A program made the translations under genes and the position numbers. A DNA stretch of 64,000 nucleotides from an uncultured Acidobacteriaceae bacterium (GTDB lineage: Bacteria > Acidobacteriota > Terriglobia > Terriglobales > Acidobacteriaceae). The notes beneath the pieces were generated by a model. It saw only the letters and a program-made list of their open reading frames with translations, had not been told where the DNA came from and made no database searches. Positions 48,547-60,935 of this stretch are shown here, piece after piece (the stretch's first letter is position 1; every line of letters starts with the position of its first letter). The stretch spans positions 32,859 through 96,858 of the forward strand of contig CAVYCF010000012.1 in NCBI GenBank assembly GCA_963766975.1, in the 5' to 3' direction.

Positions 48547-49161
48547 CTATTTAGCCTTCTCTTTTCTAAATCCTGAGATCGCTCCGTCTAGCCACTTCTC
48601 GTACCACTGCAAGAAGGTGAGCTTGCTCCCGTCTTCGCCACGCTCGGGAGTGATTCCGTTGCCGTCCGCCTGTCTGTCCATCCAAACTTCGCCTGACTGA
48701 GGGCCATTTACGACCAAGAAGAATCGAAGTGCACATCCGTAGTTACAGATGTACACGGCTCCCGGAACGAGCAACCAAGCATCATCGTCGTCAGTAAAGA
48801 CACCATCCTGTTTTTCTGGGTTCTCCCATTGCGTTGGGTTGGTTGCATCTATCCAGCTGAATGGCTTCTTGATCTGGTCGAGGTTGGTGCTGTTTTCTGG
48901 GTCGCGATGATTGAGTTCAAAAAGACCGTAAAACGGCCCCGCCCCACCGTGACCGATTTTCAGAAGGAAATCTCGATACTCTGTGGGTAGCACCGCCCCA
49001 AGCAACTTCTCATGGTTTGCCAATTCAGGAGCCGTCAGTGGAGCTCCCAGCCTATAGCGATGGCTGCTGCTACCGAAGAGCTTGTACGCAGGATCGAGTT
49101 GCCGCAGATCTGCGAGCTTTGCCCGGATGCGCTCGATTGTTGTTTCGTTTTCGCGGCCCAT
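48547..49161 (-). CDS. SMI1/KNR4 (SUKH) immunity-family protein
   Basis: EKLLGAVLPTEYRDFLLKIGHGGAGPFYGL, CNYGC...LVVNG...GEVW and FLQWYEKWLD; AT-richer than flanks. Confidence 0.88.
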   Translation of the reverse strand: MGRENETTIERIRAKLADLRQLDPAYKLFGSSSHRYRLGAPLTAPELANHEKLLGAVLPTEYRDFLLKIGHGGAGPFYGLFELNHRDPENSTNLDQIKKPFSWIDATNPTQWENPEKQDGVFTDDDDAWLLVPGAVYICNYGCALRFFLVVNGPQSGEVWMDRQADGNGITPERGEDGSKLTFLQWYEKWLDGAISGFRKEKAK

Positions 49162-49579
49162 AGATCCTGATCGTACCGGCAATGATTGACCTTCCGAAGG
49201 ATTAGAGTCGTGTAGTCGCCTATCCAGTGATCACAACCTCAGCCGACTCAAGTGAACCAGACTCGTAACCCCCTGTAGTAACAGCCTTTACCTCCCGTTC
49301 ACCCCTGTGAATCCCCGTTCAATGCAGAATCTCGCTGTTCAGCAGAGATTGCTTCGCGCTCAGGCCTCCCGGCCCTAAGCTGAATGCAGAGAAGCATCTG
49401 ATTCAACAGGGGGATAGGCCCTCTTGAACTCAGAGGCGCCGGAACTGAACCTTCCGCCAGCGTCGATCTAAGCCGGCCCCGCAGATTGCACCATGCCCAG
49501 CGATTCACGATCCGGGCAGAAGTAAGAGACAGGATCCCTCGGCCCGTACCGACGAACCAACATCAGGAGAACCTTCACC

Positions 49580-51715
<2,136 letters not shown>

Positions 51716-51761
51716 GGACTTCCAAGTCCAGCGAATCGCGCCTTCGGCGCAAAAACTGCAG

Positions 51762-51785
51762 AGGCCGCCAGCGATGGCGGCCTTT
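51762..51785 (+). terminator. Intrinsic terminator
   Basis: aggccgcca-gcga-tggcggcct followed by T-rich sequence. Confidence 0.7.
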
Positions 51786-51812
51786 GTGTTTCGGTTTGAG
51801 GAACTAGCCTGC

Positions 51813-52511
51813 TTAGGGTTTTGATTGCAGGTCTGTAATCGCCGCACGCAACTCGGCGACTTCGGCTTCGAGTTTGGCGATGCGGTGGAGGAGGTCGGAG
51901 TCTGCCTGAGGAGAAGCAGGCTCGTACGTTCGGGGCATGTGCGGAACCGAAGTGGCCTCAATCGGGCCGCTGAGCAGATGCCCGTAGCGGCTCTCGCGCG
52001 AGCCGGGCTGGCGCGGGAGGATGGTAACCAGCGGGCGCAGCGCCTGCGCCGTGTTCGCGGATGTGGTGCCCGGAGCGGCAGTCTCTCCATCGCTCGCGGC
52101 TTCCGATGAAGCGCTGAGGCGGGCGAGGGTGCTTTCGACCGCGTCGGTGCCGTCGAAGGAGTACATGCGGTCGGAGCGGGAGCGCAGCTCGCCGGGCGTC
52201 TGCGGGCCGCGCAGCAGCAGCAGGCAGAGGATTGCGGTCTCGTCGCGGCGGAGGTTGAAGACGGTGCGGGCGCGGTGCTCGAACTTGGCGACGCGGCTGT
52301 CGCGCGAGGTAGAGGCGAGGGCGAGGTCTTCAAGCCGGTGCAGCGCCTGCTGGACCTGCTCTTCGTTCAGGTCCATCACCGGTTCGCGGCTGGACCTCTG
52401 GTTGCACGCGTTGACGAGCGCGTTGAGTGAGAGCGGATAGTTCTCCGGCGTGACAATCTCTTTTTCAATGAGCGCGCCGAGCACGCGGGCCTGGATGGCA
52501 TCAAGGGTCAT
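51813..52511 (-). CDS. YceH/DUF480 family protein
   Basis: ARVLGALIEKEIVTPENYPLSLNALVNACNQRSSREPVM, LLLRGPQTPGELR and RESRYGHLL. Confidence 0.92.
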   Translation of the reverse strand: MTLDAIQARVLGALIEKEIVTPENYPLSLNALVNACNQRSSREPVMDLNEEQVQQALHRLEDLALASTSRDSRVAKFEHRARTVFNLRRDETAILCLLLLRGPQTPGELRSRSDRMYSFDGTDAVESTLARLSASSEAASDGETAAPGTTSANTAQALRPLVTILPRQPGSRESRYGHLLSGPIEATSVPHMPRTYEPASPQADSDLLHRIAKLEAEVAELRAAITDLQSKP

Positions 52512-52575
52512 AGATACAGCGTGACACAGTGGATGAGGTTCAAGGGACAAGGTTCCGAGGTAAGGCGAGGGGTGC

Positions 52576-53793
52576 TCAGACGGCGGTGGCGAGGGCTGTT
52601 GGAGATTCCTGTGCGGTGTGGGGCACGGGATAGGCGGCGAGGACGGCGGCGAAGACGGCGTCCCAGCTGCAGCCGAGGGCGTAGGCGCGGGCGGCGCGGG
52701 ACATGTCTTTGATCTGCGCAGGATTGTGGATGAGTGAGGCGACCGCGGAGGCGAAGCTGGAGTCGGGTGCGACGAGGCCGGTCTCGCTGTGGCGGACGAT
52801 GAAGCGCGGGCCGCCGTTGGGTGTGACGATCGCCGGGACGCCTGAGGCGAGAGCCTCGAGCACAACGTTGCCGAAGGTGTCCGTGTGCGAGGGGAAGACG
52901 AAGAGGTCCATGCCTGCGTATGCGGCGGCCAGGGCCTCGCCGCGCAGGACGCCGGGGAAGTCGGCGGTGGGGAGCTCGCGGCGGAGTATGGCTTCCTCAC
53001 TGCCGTGGCCGATGATGCGGAAGCGGATGTTACGGATGCCGAGCCGATCGAGTTCGCGAGCGAGGTGGACGAGCAGAGCGACATTTTTTTCTACAGACAG
53101 GCGGCCGACGTAGCCGAGGACGAGGGCATTGTCGTCGCGCGGGCGGGTGCGGGGCCGGACGCGACGAGCCGGCGTGAAGAGCGTGGTGTCGACGCCGCGC
53201 TGCATGAGGTGGCAGGGCTTGCCGGTGCGGAGGGCGAGCAGATCGCAGAGTTCGTGATTCGGCGCGTAGAGCACGCGGGCGAAGGAGTAGAAACGCGAGA
53301 GCGCGGAAAGCGAGCCGCGCTCGACGGCGCGGTGGAAGCGCTGCGCGGCGTCGCGTGGGAGCGCGTGATCGATCAAGGTTAGGCGGCGCGCGGCGTACTC
53401 ATGCAGGTTGGTGTGCCAGCTGGCGACGAGCGGCACGCCAAGTTTGTGGGCGAACCAGGCGCCGAAGAGGCCAAGCTCGCTGGGGCCGGTGATGTGGATG
53501 ACGTCCGGGCGGAAGGATTGGAGGGCGTGCTCGATCTCGCCGGCGTGGCGGAAGAAGAGCGGATCGAAGCTGAGGTCTTTCTCGAGGCCGAGCGCGGCGC
53601 GGCTGCGGCGGAGGTCGAGGGTGCGGAGGGTGCCGTGCTGGGCGTGCGTGATCTGGGGTGTATTCCGTCCGGCGCTGGCACGGATGCAGAGCATCTGGAT
53701 GCCGCGGCGCTGGGCGTAGGCGGCGAAGTTGCGGCTGGTGTGCGCGACTCCGTTGACCTCATGGAAGGAGTCGGGGAGGTAGGCGATGCGCAT
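52576..53793 (-). CDS. GT4 glycosyltransferase (glycolipid-synthase-like)
   Basis: DSFHEVNGVA, WHTNLHEY, RGVDTTLF, VGRLSVEKN and DTFGNVVLEALASG. Confidence 0.9.
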   Translation of the reverse strand: MRIAYLPDSFHEVNGVAHTSRNFAAYAQRRGIQMLCIRASAGRNTPQITHAQHGTLRTLDLRRSRAALGLEKDLSFDPLFFRHAGEIEHALQSFRPDVIHITGPSELGLFGAWFAHKLGVPLVASWHTNLHEYAARRLTLIDHALPRDAAQRFHRAVERGSLSALSRFYSFARVLYAPNHELCDLLALRTGKPCHLMQRGVDTTLFTPARRVRPRTRPRDDNALVLGYVGRLSVEKNVALLVHLARELDRLGIRNIRFRIIGHGSEEAILRRELPTADFPGVLRGEALAAAYAGMDLFVFPSHTDTFGNVVLEALASGVPAIVTPNGGPRFIVRHSETGLVAPDSSFASAVASLIHNPAQIKDMSRAARAYALGCSWDAVFAAVLAAYPVPHTAQESPTALATAV

Positions 53794-53822
53794 GGGCCGG
53801 ATTCAGGGTTCAGGTTCGAGGG

Positions 53823-55001
53823 CTAGCTTTTCTCGGCGAGGGCGGCGCGCATGGAGGTCGAGTCGTCCCAGGCGAGACGCAGGCTGCCGGAGACGGGCGG
53901 CGCACCGAGCAGGCGGACGAAGGCGATGACACCGGCGAGCCAGGCAGGTGCGTGGCCGCCGGTCCAGAGCTGGGCGAGCGAACGGACCTGGCCGTCGGCG
54001 GAGGGGTGGTAGACACGTTCGTCCCAGCGGCGGGAGCCATCGGGGAAGTCGGGGTAGTTGCGGACGGCGTCGAGGGTACCGCGCAGGATGCGATGCTTCC
54101 ACGGCTCCTTATATTGCGGCATGAAGAGGACGTGGCTCGAGCGGTCGCGGCGGAGTTCGTAGACGAAGTCGGTGAAGCTGGCGGCACGGGTGAGGTTGAG
54201 GTTGGCATTGGGCTCGACGCCGTGGCGGTCGCCGCCGGAGATGAGGAGCTGGTTCCACTTCGCGGCCAGGTGCGTGACCTCGCGGTTCTCGTTCCAGTCG
54301 CGCAGGCCGTTGAGCTCGACGGCGTGGATGTGCTGGCCGTGGAGGGCGAGGAACTGATTGACGAGGACGTTGTGGCGGGCCTTGCCGATGCGGTAGAGGT
54401 CCCAGATGGGGTGGTTGAAGACGATGAGGACGCCGGGCAGCGAGTCGAGCTCGGCGAGCAGCTCGCCGAGGAGGGTGGCGGGTCGGGCTTCGAGCGGGGT
54501 GGCGGTGAAGTCGGCGAAGCGGCGCATCCATTGCGCACCGGTGGCGGAGGGCAGGTTGTGGATGCCGAGGTGGAAGCAGGTCTTCATGGCGGCGTCGCCG
54601 AAGGGCACGGTCCACTCGACGGAGATGGGAATCTGGCGGGCGGAGGCGAGCGAGCGCAGGAGCAGCGGGGCCTGGATGTCGTCGTGGTCGGTGATGGAGA
54701 CCATGGCGGGAAGCTGGAGCGAGTTCTCGATCTGGGTGCGCTCGAGATCGAAGGCGAGGCGCGGGGTGAGGGGCGGGGTCCAGTAGCTGCGGGCGTAGTC
54801 GGGGCGGATGCCAGAGCGGCGGAAGCAGCGCTGCTCGGCGCGGCGCATGAAGGGCTGGATCCATGGCCAGTCGGTGGAGAGCTCGGCGATGAAGTCGAGG
54901 GTCTCCCTGGACTGGTTGGTGTGACTGTGGAGCGAGACGCCGGCGGCGAAGCCTTCGGCGGCCTTGGGTTCACGCCAGATGTAGGAGACAGACTGGTTCA
55001 T
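53823..55001 (-). CDS. PHP-fold phosphoesterase-like protein
   Basis: SLHSHT, SITDHDD, VEWT, HLG, NHP and GGDRHG metal-ligand motifs. Confidence 0.75.
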   Translation of the reverse strand: MNQSVSYIWREPKAAEGFAAGVSLHSHTNQSRETLDFIAELSTDWPWIQPFMRRAEQRCFRRSGIRPDYARSYWTPPLTPRLAFDLERTQIENSLQLPAMVSITDHDDIQAPLLLRSLASARQIPISVEWTVPFGDAAMKTCFHLGIHNLPSATGAQWMRRFADFTATPLEARPATLLGELLAELDSLPGVLIVFNHPIWDLYRIGKARHNVLVNQFLALHGQHIHAVELNGLRDWNENREVTHLAAKWNQLLISGGDRHGVEPNANLNLTRAASFTDFVYELRRDRSSHVLFMPQYKEPWKHRILRGTLDAVRNYPDFPDGSRRWDERVYHPSADGQVRSLAQLWTGGHAPAWLAGVIAFVRLLGAPPVSGSLRLAWDDSTSMRAALAEKS

Positions 55002-55110
55002 GATGGCCCTCCCTCGCGCGCGCCGAGACGGCCCGCCTGAGGACAAGTGTTGCGGGCGCGGGTTGCGGGCGAGTTACTGCACCAATAATTGTGCGAGAAC
55101 GGACCTGTAG

Positions 55111-55370
55111 GGTACCCCCCACCCCCTATAGAATTTTCCACTTGATAGAAAACAGGGGGGTTGCGAGGCGTGATTGAAAACAAACGGCTTATTGTTATCT
55201 CCTTTGGATAGTGTGATTTGTCGGAATGCCAGTTAAATGCGTGAAGCCCGGGCGTGGCTGCCGGGCTTCTTCTGGTTCACTGCTTCTATTTTATCAGGTA
55301 AGGCATAACTGGTATGCCAAGTCGATCATGCAGAGTATGAGAGAGTTAGGGGATTTTGGGGGTTGACAGG
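55111..55370 (-). repeat. Dispersed modular non-coding element, copy 2
   Basis: Reverse-orientation homolog of 4812-5115; includes hairpin aagcccgg...ccgggctt at 55244-55268. Confidence 0.75.
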
Positions 55371-55441
55371 GTTTGGGCGTTAGCGCCTTGGTGCGACTCG
55401 CCCCACCTTAGGATGACGGCGGGCGTCGGCCATTCATCCTC

Positions 55442-56311
55442 TCACAGCTTGTTTTTCCTTCGCGCTCGCTTACGGACGATCTTTGTGAAGCTGCGGCGCT
55501 GCACCTGCTTTGGGTCGCACAGGTATACCTCATAAAGAAGTGGATGGCCAGCGAACTGTCTCTCGGCGGTGCGGTGCGTGATCGATACCTGCGGCGGGAA
55601 TCTTGTCTCTAGCAGAAACACGATTAACTCAGCCGCTGTCCTCCATGCATGGACAAATACGTTTTCAGCCCAAGTAGGTTCGTAGAACTTCTCCACCTGC
55701 GTTACAACGTCGGCGTCCCGATGCTCTAGAGATCTATTACGGAACATCTCCAGGTCTTGTTGCCATTCGCCACGCTGCCTAGGTAGAAATTCCGCGACGT
55801 TCAGCAGGAGATTGCCTCGGTTTTCTGTGACGAATGCTTCCAATCCTGCTTTGAACGTGTCGTCGTCTTGGAAAAGGAAGCCAATGTCGTAGCCGAGAAG
55901 GTCCACGACTTTGAGCATCCGATCCTTATATCCGCGCCATAGAGAAATCGCGAAATCATCGTAGTGCTTCTTGCGGTTCAACACCGGGATTCGCGGATTG
56001 TCTCGGAAGATGCGGATTGCACGCAGATCCTCGTACGCTGGCAGGAAACCTTCCGTGACCATGACCATGATCGCGTCCAATAGCTCCTGCCGGTCCTCAT
56101 CGAAGATGGCCGAAGTGTTGATCAGGTCCTGGATCTCGTCGAAGTAGAAGTCCATGAAGGGTCGATCAGTGGGTGCGGCGGCGAAGTGTGCCTGATCCCA
56201 CTCGTGAGGCTCTTTGCCGCTATTAGTGGTTACGGTGTACAGACCCTGTTCACCACGGATGTACAGCTTTCCCTGTGCCGCAACCATTCCCTTGATTACT
56301 TCATCCTGCAT
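55442..56311 (-). CDS. Hypothetical protein with a possible HEPN RNase motif
   Basis: 289 aa, predicted helical, with FRNRSLEH (R-x5-H); AT-richer than flanks. Confidence 0.55.
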   Translation of the reverse strand: MQDEVIKGMVAAQGKLYIRGEQGLYTVTTNSGKEPHEWDQAHFAAAPTDRPFMDFYFDEIQDLINTSAIFDEDRQELLDAIMVMVTEGFLPAYEDLRAIRIFRDNPRIPVLNRKKHYDDFAISLWRGYKDRMLKVVDLLGYDIGFLFQDDDTFKAGLEAFVTENRGNLLLNVAEFLPRQRGEWQQDLEMFRNRSLEHRDADVVTQVEKFYEPTWAENVFVHAWRTAAELIVFLLETRFPPQVSITHRTAERQFAGHPLLYEVYLCDPKQVQRRSFTKIVRKRARRKNKL

Positions 56312-57060
56312 CGCCTACCTTCACCACCCATCAGATTCGCCCATTATTCGCCCCATGGGCGGGAGGCGTCAATCCACAATACGCCGAGCGATGCATAGCT
56401 GCGGCCTTGACCGCGTCCCATTCAGGATCGAACAGGACGCAGCCATACCGTGTAGCCTGCGAGGCATACAGAACCTTTCTGATAGCAGGCTCACCCCGGC
56501 CCGAGCAGACTGAGGGTGGGAATGCTACCAAATTGGTTAAGCCCACTCGTCTAGAACGGGTGGGTTTAGTCTTAAGGCGTAGCTGCGCCTTAGAGTGCTA
56601 CAAGTGCAGTTTGCCGTTACGAGCGGCTGTTTCCGTGGGGGTATTTACTAGGGATGGTCAACCCCTAGGGTCGATACGCTAGAGAGGTCGTCTCTAGCGG
56701 TTGTCGGTTGGCGATTCCGACCAATCCCGCCGGTTGCCGAAGTGTGATCCTTGTCCTAACACCTGCGGGAAGGCGAATACGCCGCTGGCCAAGATGTAAA
56801 TCGACAAGTGCAGGCTACTCTGCTTGATTGTGGATAAGTTAAATCATCTCAGCAGGATGGAACCTGCCTGGTTAACCTTGTATATGACAAAGTTTGGGGG
56901 TGGCGCGGACCTTCAGCCGGAAGTGGATGAATGGCACGCAATCGATCGATAGCCTGAGATGCGTTGTTCGCCGACGAGGGGGGAGGGTGAGTGACGAAAG
57001 AGGTTCGGATAGCCGATAGGTGTCATCATCCTGTTGCAGAGGGCGGGCTAGGATGCGGGT

Positions 57061-57618
57061 ATGGACGCGGGCGCAAAGGTGCATCCAATGCGGAACATGG
57101 TCAGCGAAGCGAATACGGGGATGTCGAAGTGGCACTGGCTGGCGGCGGGGTTCAACTGGAAGATGGCGGTGTGGAGCGCGGTGCTGCGCGGCGGGATGTT
57201 CTTCCTGACGAACCTGCGCGCGGGGCACAGCGCGGCGCTGCGGGCGACGGCGGTGGAGGCAGTGTATGCGCTGGTGTCGATGGGGCTGCTGGGCGCGGCG
57301 ACGGAGCGGATCAAAGACCTGCGGCCGGAGTGGCTGACGGCAGTGATGGTGTGGGCGGCGATGCCGGTGCTGACGCTGATGGGCGAGTTCGAGGTGCATG
57401 TGTGGTTTGGCACGCCGCGGATGAAGACGAGCATGATGGCGTCGTTTGTGCTGGCGGCGGTGGGATCGGGGTTCAGCTGGTTTGCGATGCGGCGGGGCGC
57501 GTTCCTGGTGGGCGAGGTGGGTGTGCCGGATCCGTCGTTTATGGATGACGTGCGTGCGGTGCCGCTGCTGGTGTGGGAGTTTGTGAGCGCGGGGCCGAAG
57601 GCGCTGCTGGCGCGGTAG
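57061..57618 (+). CDS. Hypothetical membrane protein
   Basis: About four hydrophobic helices; strongly host-like codon usage. Confidence 0.7.
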   Translation: MDAGAKVHPMRNMVSEANTGMSKWHWLAAGFNWKMAVWSAVLRGGMFFLTNLRAGHSAALRATAVEAVYALVSMGLLGAATERIKDLRPEWLTAVMVWAAMPVLTLMGEFEVHVWFGTPRMKTSMMASFVLAAVGSGFSWFAMRRGAFLVGEVGVPDPSFMDDVRAVPLLVWEFVSAGPKALLAR

Positions 57619-57644
57619 CAGGTCGGCGACATTTCAAAGCAGAA

Positions 57645-57759
57645 GCAGATTCCTTCGCATTGAAGAACAGGATCGAACGCTGCGGAATGACAATAAAAGC
57701 AAACGCAGGTCCCTCGACTGCGCGATTCGCTGACACGAATCGCTTCGCTCGGGATGACA
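57645..57759. repeat. Tandem intergenic REP-like elements (57645-57692 and 57705-57759)
   Basis: gcagattccttcgc...gctgcggaatgaca and gcaggtccctcgactgcgc...gcttcgctcgggatgaca share GCAG...ATGACA ends. Confidence 0.8.
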
Positions 57760-57820
57760 GATTCTTTGGAGTGCGAGGGGATAACGGCACGCGTGAAGGC
57801 GTGCCGTTCCCTTTTGCGGC

Positions 57821-58681
57821 TCAGTCGCGGTGGGGGCGCTTGCCGTTTTTGGAGGCGGCGGCGGTGAGGGCGCGTGCGGCAGGTGCGGCTCCGTTTGGGG
57901 CTGCGGAGCGGTTGCCGAGGAGCCATGAGACCTCGCGGGCAGACTTGCAGAGTTCGCGGGCGAAGATGGGGACTCGGTCTGTGGTGACGCGGACGACGGG
58001 GCCGGAGACGCTGATAGCGGCGGCGACCTGTCCGTTGGCGTCGTGGATGGCTGCGCCCATGCAGCGGACGCCGGGGACGGCCTCCTCATCGTCGAGGGCG
58101 TAGCCGCGGCGGCGGATGTTGGCGATCTGCTTTTTGAGGCGGGTGAGCGAGCCGATGGTGCGCGGGGTGATGTGCTCGAACTCGATGTTGGAGAAGAGGT
58201 CCTCGCGGGCGGCGGGATCGTCGATGGCGGCGACCATGGCCTTGCCGAGCGAGGTGGAGTAGAAGGGCAGGTGCGAGCCGATGCGGGTGACCTGGCGGAA
58301 GGTGTGGTCGGTCTCGATGACGTCGATGTAGAGGACGTCGGTGCCGTCGAAGACGGCGAGGTTGACGGTCTCGCCGGTGAGCTTGCGGAGGTTCTCCATG
58401 ACGGGGCGGGCGAGTTTGGAGAGGGTGGCCTGGAAGGCGACGCCGCTGCCGAGGCGGGCGAGCTTAGGGCCGACCATGTAGTTGCGCAGGGCGTCGCGGA
58501 AGAGATAGCCCTCGGACTCGAGATGGCAGAGGAAGCGGTGGGCGGTGCTCTTGTTGATGCCGGCGCCGACGGCGATCTCCTTGAGCTGGAGACCGCCGGG
58601 CGCGGTGTCGAGGAGTTCGAGGACGGTCAGGACTTTGCCGATGACGCCGACGGGAGCGGATTTGATCCGTTTGGTGGGCAT
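57821..58681 (-). CDS. IclR-family transcriptional regulator
   Basis: KVLTVLELL...GINKSTAHRFL..L...GYL, GETVNLAV, STSLGKA and GYALDDEE..PGVRC.GA.I. Confidence 0.95.
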   Translation of the reverse strand: MPTKRIKSAPVGVIGKVLTVLELLDTAPGGLQLKEIAVGAGINKSTAHRFLCHLESEGYLFRDALRNYMVGPKLARLGSGVAFQATLSKLARPVMENLRKLTGETVNLAVFDGTDVLYIDVIETDHTFRQVTRIGSHLPFYSTSLGKAMVAAIDDPAAREDLFSNIEFEHITPRTIGSLTRLKKQIANIRRRGYALDDEEAVPGVRCMGAAIHDANGQVAAAISVSGPVVRVTTDRVPIFARELCKSAREVSWLLGNRSAAPNGAAPAARALTAAASKNGKRPHRD

Positions 58682-58701
58682 AGATCGGACGGCGGTGGCC
58701 G

Positions 58702-59523
58702 TCAGCCGACAGGGTTCTCGAGCGTGCCGATGCCGTCGATAGAGATGCGGATGACGTCGCCGTGCGCGAGGGTGAAGGAGTCTGGAGGGACGATGCCGGT
58801 GCCGGTCATGAGCAGAGCGCCGTGGGGGAAGTCGAGCTCGCGGTAGAGGTATTCGGCGAGCTCTTTGGGATCGCGCTTGAGCGAGGCGAGAGTGGTGGAG
58901 TCTTCGAAGGCAGGCTTGCCGTCGCGGAGGATCTGGAGGCGGATGGCGGTGGTGGCGGGGAGCGGGTCGGCGGAGAAGAGGATGCAGGGGCCGACGGCGC
59001 AGCTTCCGTTGTAGACCTTGGCCTGCGGGAGGTAGAGGGGATTTTCGCCTTCGATGTCGCGGGAGCTCATGTCATTGCCGACGGTGTAGCCGACGATGGC
59101 GCCAGCGGAGTTGATGACGAGGGTGAGCTCGGGCTCGGGCACGGACCATTTGGCGTCGTGGCGGATGCGGACGGGGCCGCCGGGGGCGATGACGCGGCCG
59201 GCGGTGGATTTGAAGAAGAGCTCGGGGCGGGGTGCGGCGTAGACGCGATCGTAGAAGTCGCCGCCGCCGGCGTCTTTGGACTCTTCCATGCGGGCGTTGC
59301 GGCTGCGGTAGTAGGTGACCCCGGCGGCCCATATCTCCTGGCTTTGAACGATGGGGAGGGGGTTGCCGGGGAGCGAGGAAGCGCTTTCTCCGGTGACGGC
59401 GCGGGAGAGGCGGTCAAAGAGCGCAGCGTCGGAGAGCAGCTCATCGAGGCCGTTTGCAGTAATGGGGAAGAAACGGTCCTCGTGCTCGACAAAAAAGCCC
59501 TGAGTGGTGCGGTACAACTTCAT
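58702..59523 (-). CDS. FAH-family protein (XylX/KdaD-like 2-keto-3-deoxypentonate dehydratase)
   Basis: [52 protein letters not shown] and LMTGTGIVP. Confidence 0.88.
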   Translation of the reverse strand: MKLYRTTQGFFVEHEDRFFPITANGLDELLSDAALFDRLSRAVTGESASSLPGNPLPIVQSQEIWAAGVTYYRSRNARMEESKDAGGGDFYDRVYAAPRPELFFKSTAGRVIAPGGPVRIRHDAKWSVPEPELTLVINSAGAIVGYTVGNDMSSRDIEGENPLYLPQAKVYNGSCAVGPCILFSADPLPATTAIRLQILRDGKPAFEDSTTLASLKRDPKELAEYLYRELDFPHGALLMTGTGIVPPDSFTLAHGDVIRISIDGIGTLENPVG

Positions 59524-59599
59524 CCTGAATGCCTTTCCGAAAGCTCGTCGTATGTTGAAGAGACGCGGGGATGGGCCGCGCGAGTTTCACTTCGCCGCA

Positions 59600-59614
59600 T
59601 TTCAGGTTATGAAA
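59600..59614. promoter_or_regulatory. Candidate IclR operator TTTCA-ggtta-TGAAA
   Basis: Palindrome in the divergent promoter region; related sites at 59780 and 62498. Confidence 0.55.
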
Positions 59615-59779
59615 CAGCGCGGGAAAAGACAAGCGCAGCGAAGACGGAATGTGGATACGTTGCCCCGGAGGGGAATGTTCCGGAGGCGCTCTCCGGATAC
59701 TTGTAGGAACGCAGAGCAGCATAGCTCAGGATGCAGAGGGTTGTTCAAGGGAATTCGTGGGGAGGGGGGCGGGAGAGGG

Positions 59780-59794
59780 TTTCAGGATACGAAA
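59780..59794. promoter_or_regulatory. Candidate IclR operator TTTCA-ggata-CGAAA
   Basis: 13/15 identical to the site at 59600. Confidence 0.5.
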
Positions 59795-59886
59795 TCCGGC
59801 CGCCAGACTATGACCCATGCGCGAACCGACCCTGACGCGTTACTATTTCATGCCGAGCGAAAGATTGAATTCTGGAGGAACTGAAG

Positions 59887-60864
59887 ATGGACGCGAAGAA
59901 GATTTTTGGTGCGGTTGGCATGTTCTGGCTGGCGGCGGGAACGATGGCGATGGCGCAGCCGCCTGGGCCGGGGATGGCGGCTGGGCCTGGGATGGCGGCT
60001 GCTCCGCAGGACCTGGCGCACCGCATTGGGCACTATGATCCGGCGCGGATGGGGCACCAGAATGGAGTGCACGAGGGCGCGGGATCGATGAGCTTTGGCC
60101 CGCTGCTGAACGCCAACGCGATGGAGCCGAACCTGATCTTCTTCCATCGCGGGGTGATTGACCCGCACAGCGGGATTGGCGAACACTTCCACAACCAGTG
60201 CGAGGAGATGTTCGTGATCCTGGACGGCGAGGCGCAGTTCACGATCGATGGGCGGACGTCGCTGATCCAGGGGCCGGCGGGCGTGCCGGACCGCATGGGG
60301 CATGCGCACGGCATCTACAACCCGACGGACAAGCCGCTGCAGTGGCTGAACATCAACGTGGGCATGTCGAAGGTGTATGACAACTTCGACCTGAACGATT
60401 CGCTGGAGCACCAGACGCTGGACCCGGTGCCGCAGTTCATCAGCTTCCGGCTGGACAAGACTTTGCTGCGCCCGATGAATGCGATGGACGGCGGACAGGG
60501 TACGGTGCAGTACCGGCGCGCGCTGCCTCCGCAGGTGTTTACAACGGAGTGGTCGTACATTGACCACCTGGTGATTCCGCCGGGCGCGTCGGTGGGGCCG
60601 CGGGCGCTGCCGAACCTGGCTGAGGTGTATTACGTGATCACGGGTGATGGCACGGCGACGATCGGCACGGAGCAGGCGCCGATCCATACTGGGGATGCGA
60701 TCCCGGTGAAGTTGAATGAGAGCCGGGCGATTGCGAACACGGGCACGGCGCCGCTGGAGTTTCTGATTGTGGGCGTGGCCAAGGACATGGCGGCCAAGAA
60801 CGAGCTGATGGCGACGCCTCCGATGCGGGGACCGCGCCGCCCGCCGGCAGCAAACGCACAATAG
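59887..60864 (+). CDS. Exported bicupin protein
   Basis: Signal peptide. Cupin 1 keeps EHFH...EE...H; cupin 2 lacks the His ligands. Confidence 0.85.
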   Translation: MDAKKIFGAVGMFWLAAGTMAMAQPPGPGMAAGPGMAAAPQDLAHRIGHYDPARMGHQNGVHEGAGSMSFGPLLNANAMEPNLIFFHRGVIDPHSGIGEHFHNQCEEMFVILDGEAQFTIDGRTSLIQGPAGVPDRMGHAHGIYNPTDKPLQWLNINVGMSKVYDNFDLNDSLEHQTLDPVPQFISFRLDKTLLRPMNAMDGGQGTVQYRRALPPQVFTTEWSYIDHLVIPPGASVGPRALPNLAEVYYVITGDGTATIGTEQAPIHTGDAIPVKLNESRAIANTGTAPLEFLIVGVAKDMAAKNELMATPPMRGPRRPPAANAQ

Positions 60865-60935
60865 TCCGAAACGGACGATAGTCAGAAACGCAGATCAACA
60901 CAATGAAGAGGGGAACAGGGAAGAGGGGAACAGGA

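Noticed and set aside
56320-57000. Possible gene or RNA in the AT-richer spacer
   Set aside because: Only short stop-interrupted frames were found, with no recognisable tRNA, tmRNA or RNase P motifs; this is at most a decayed remnant.
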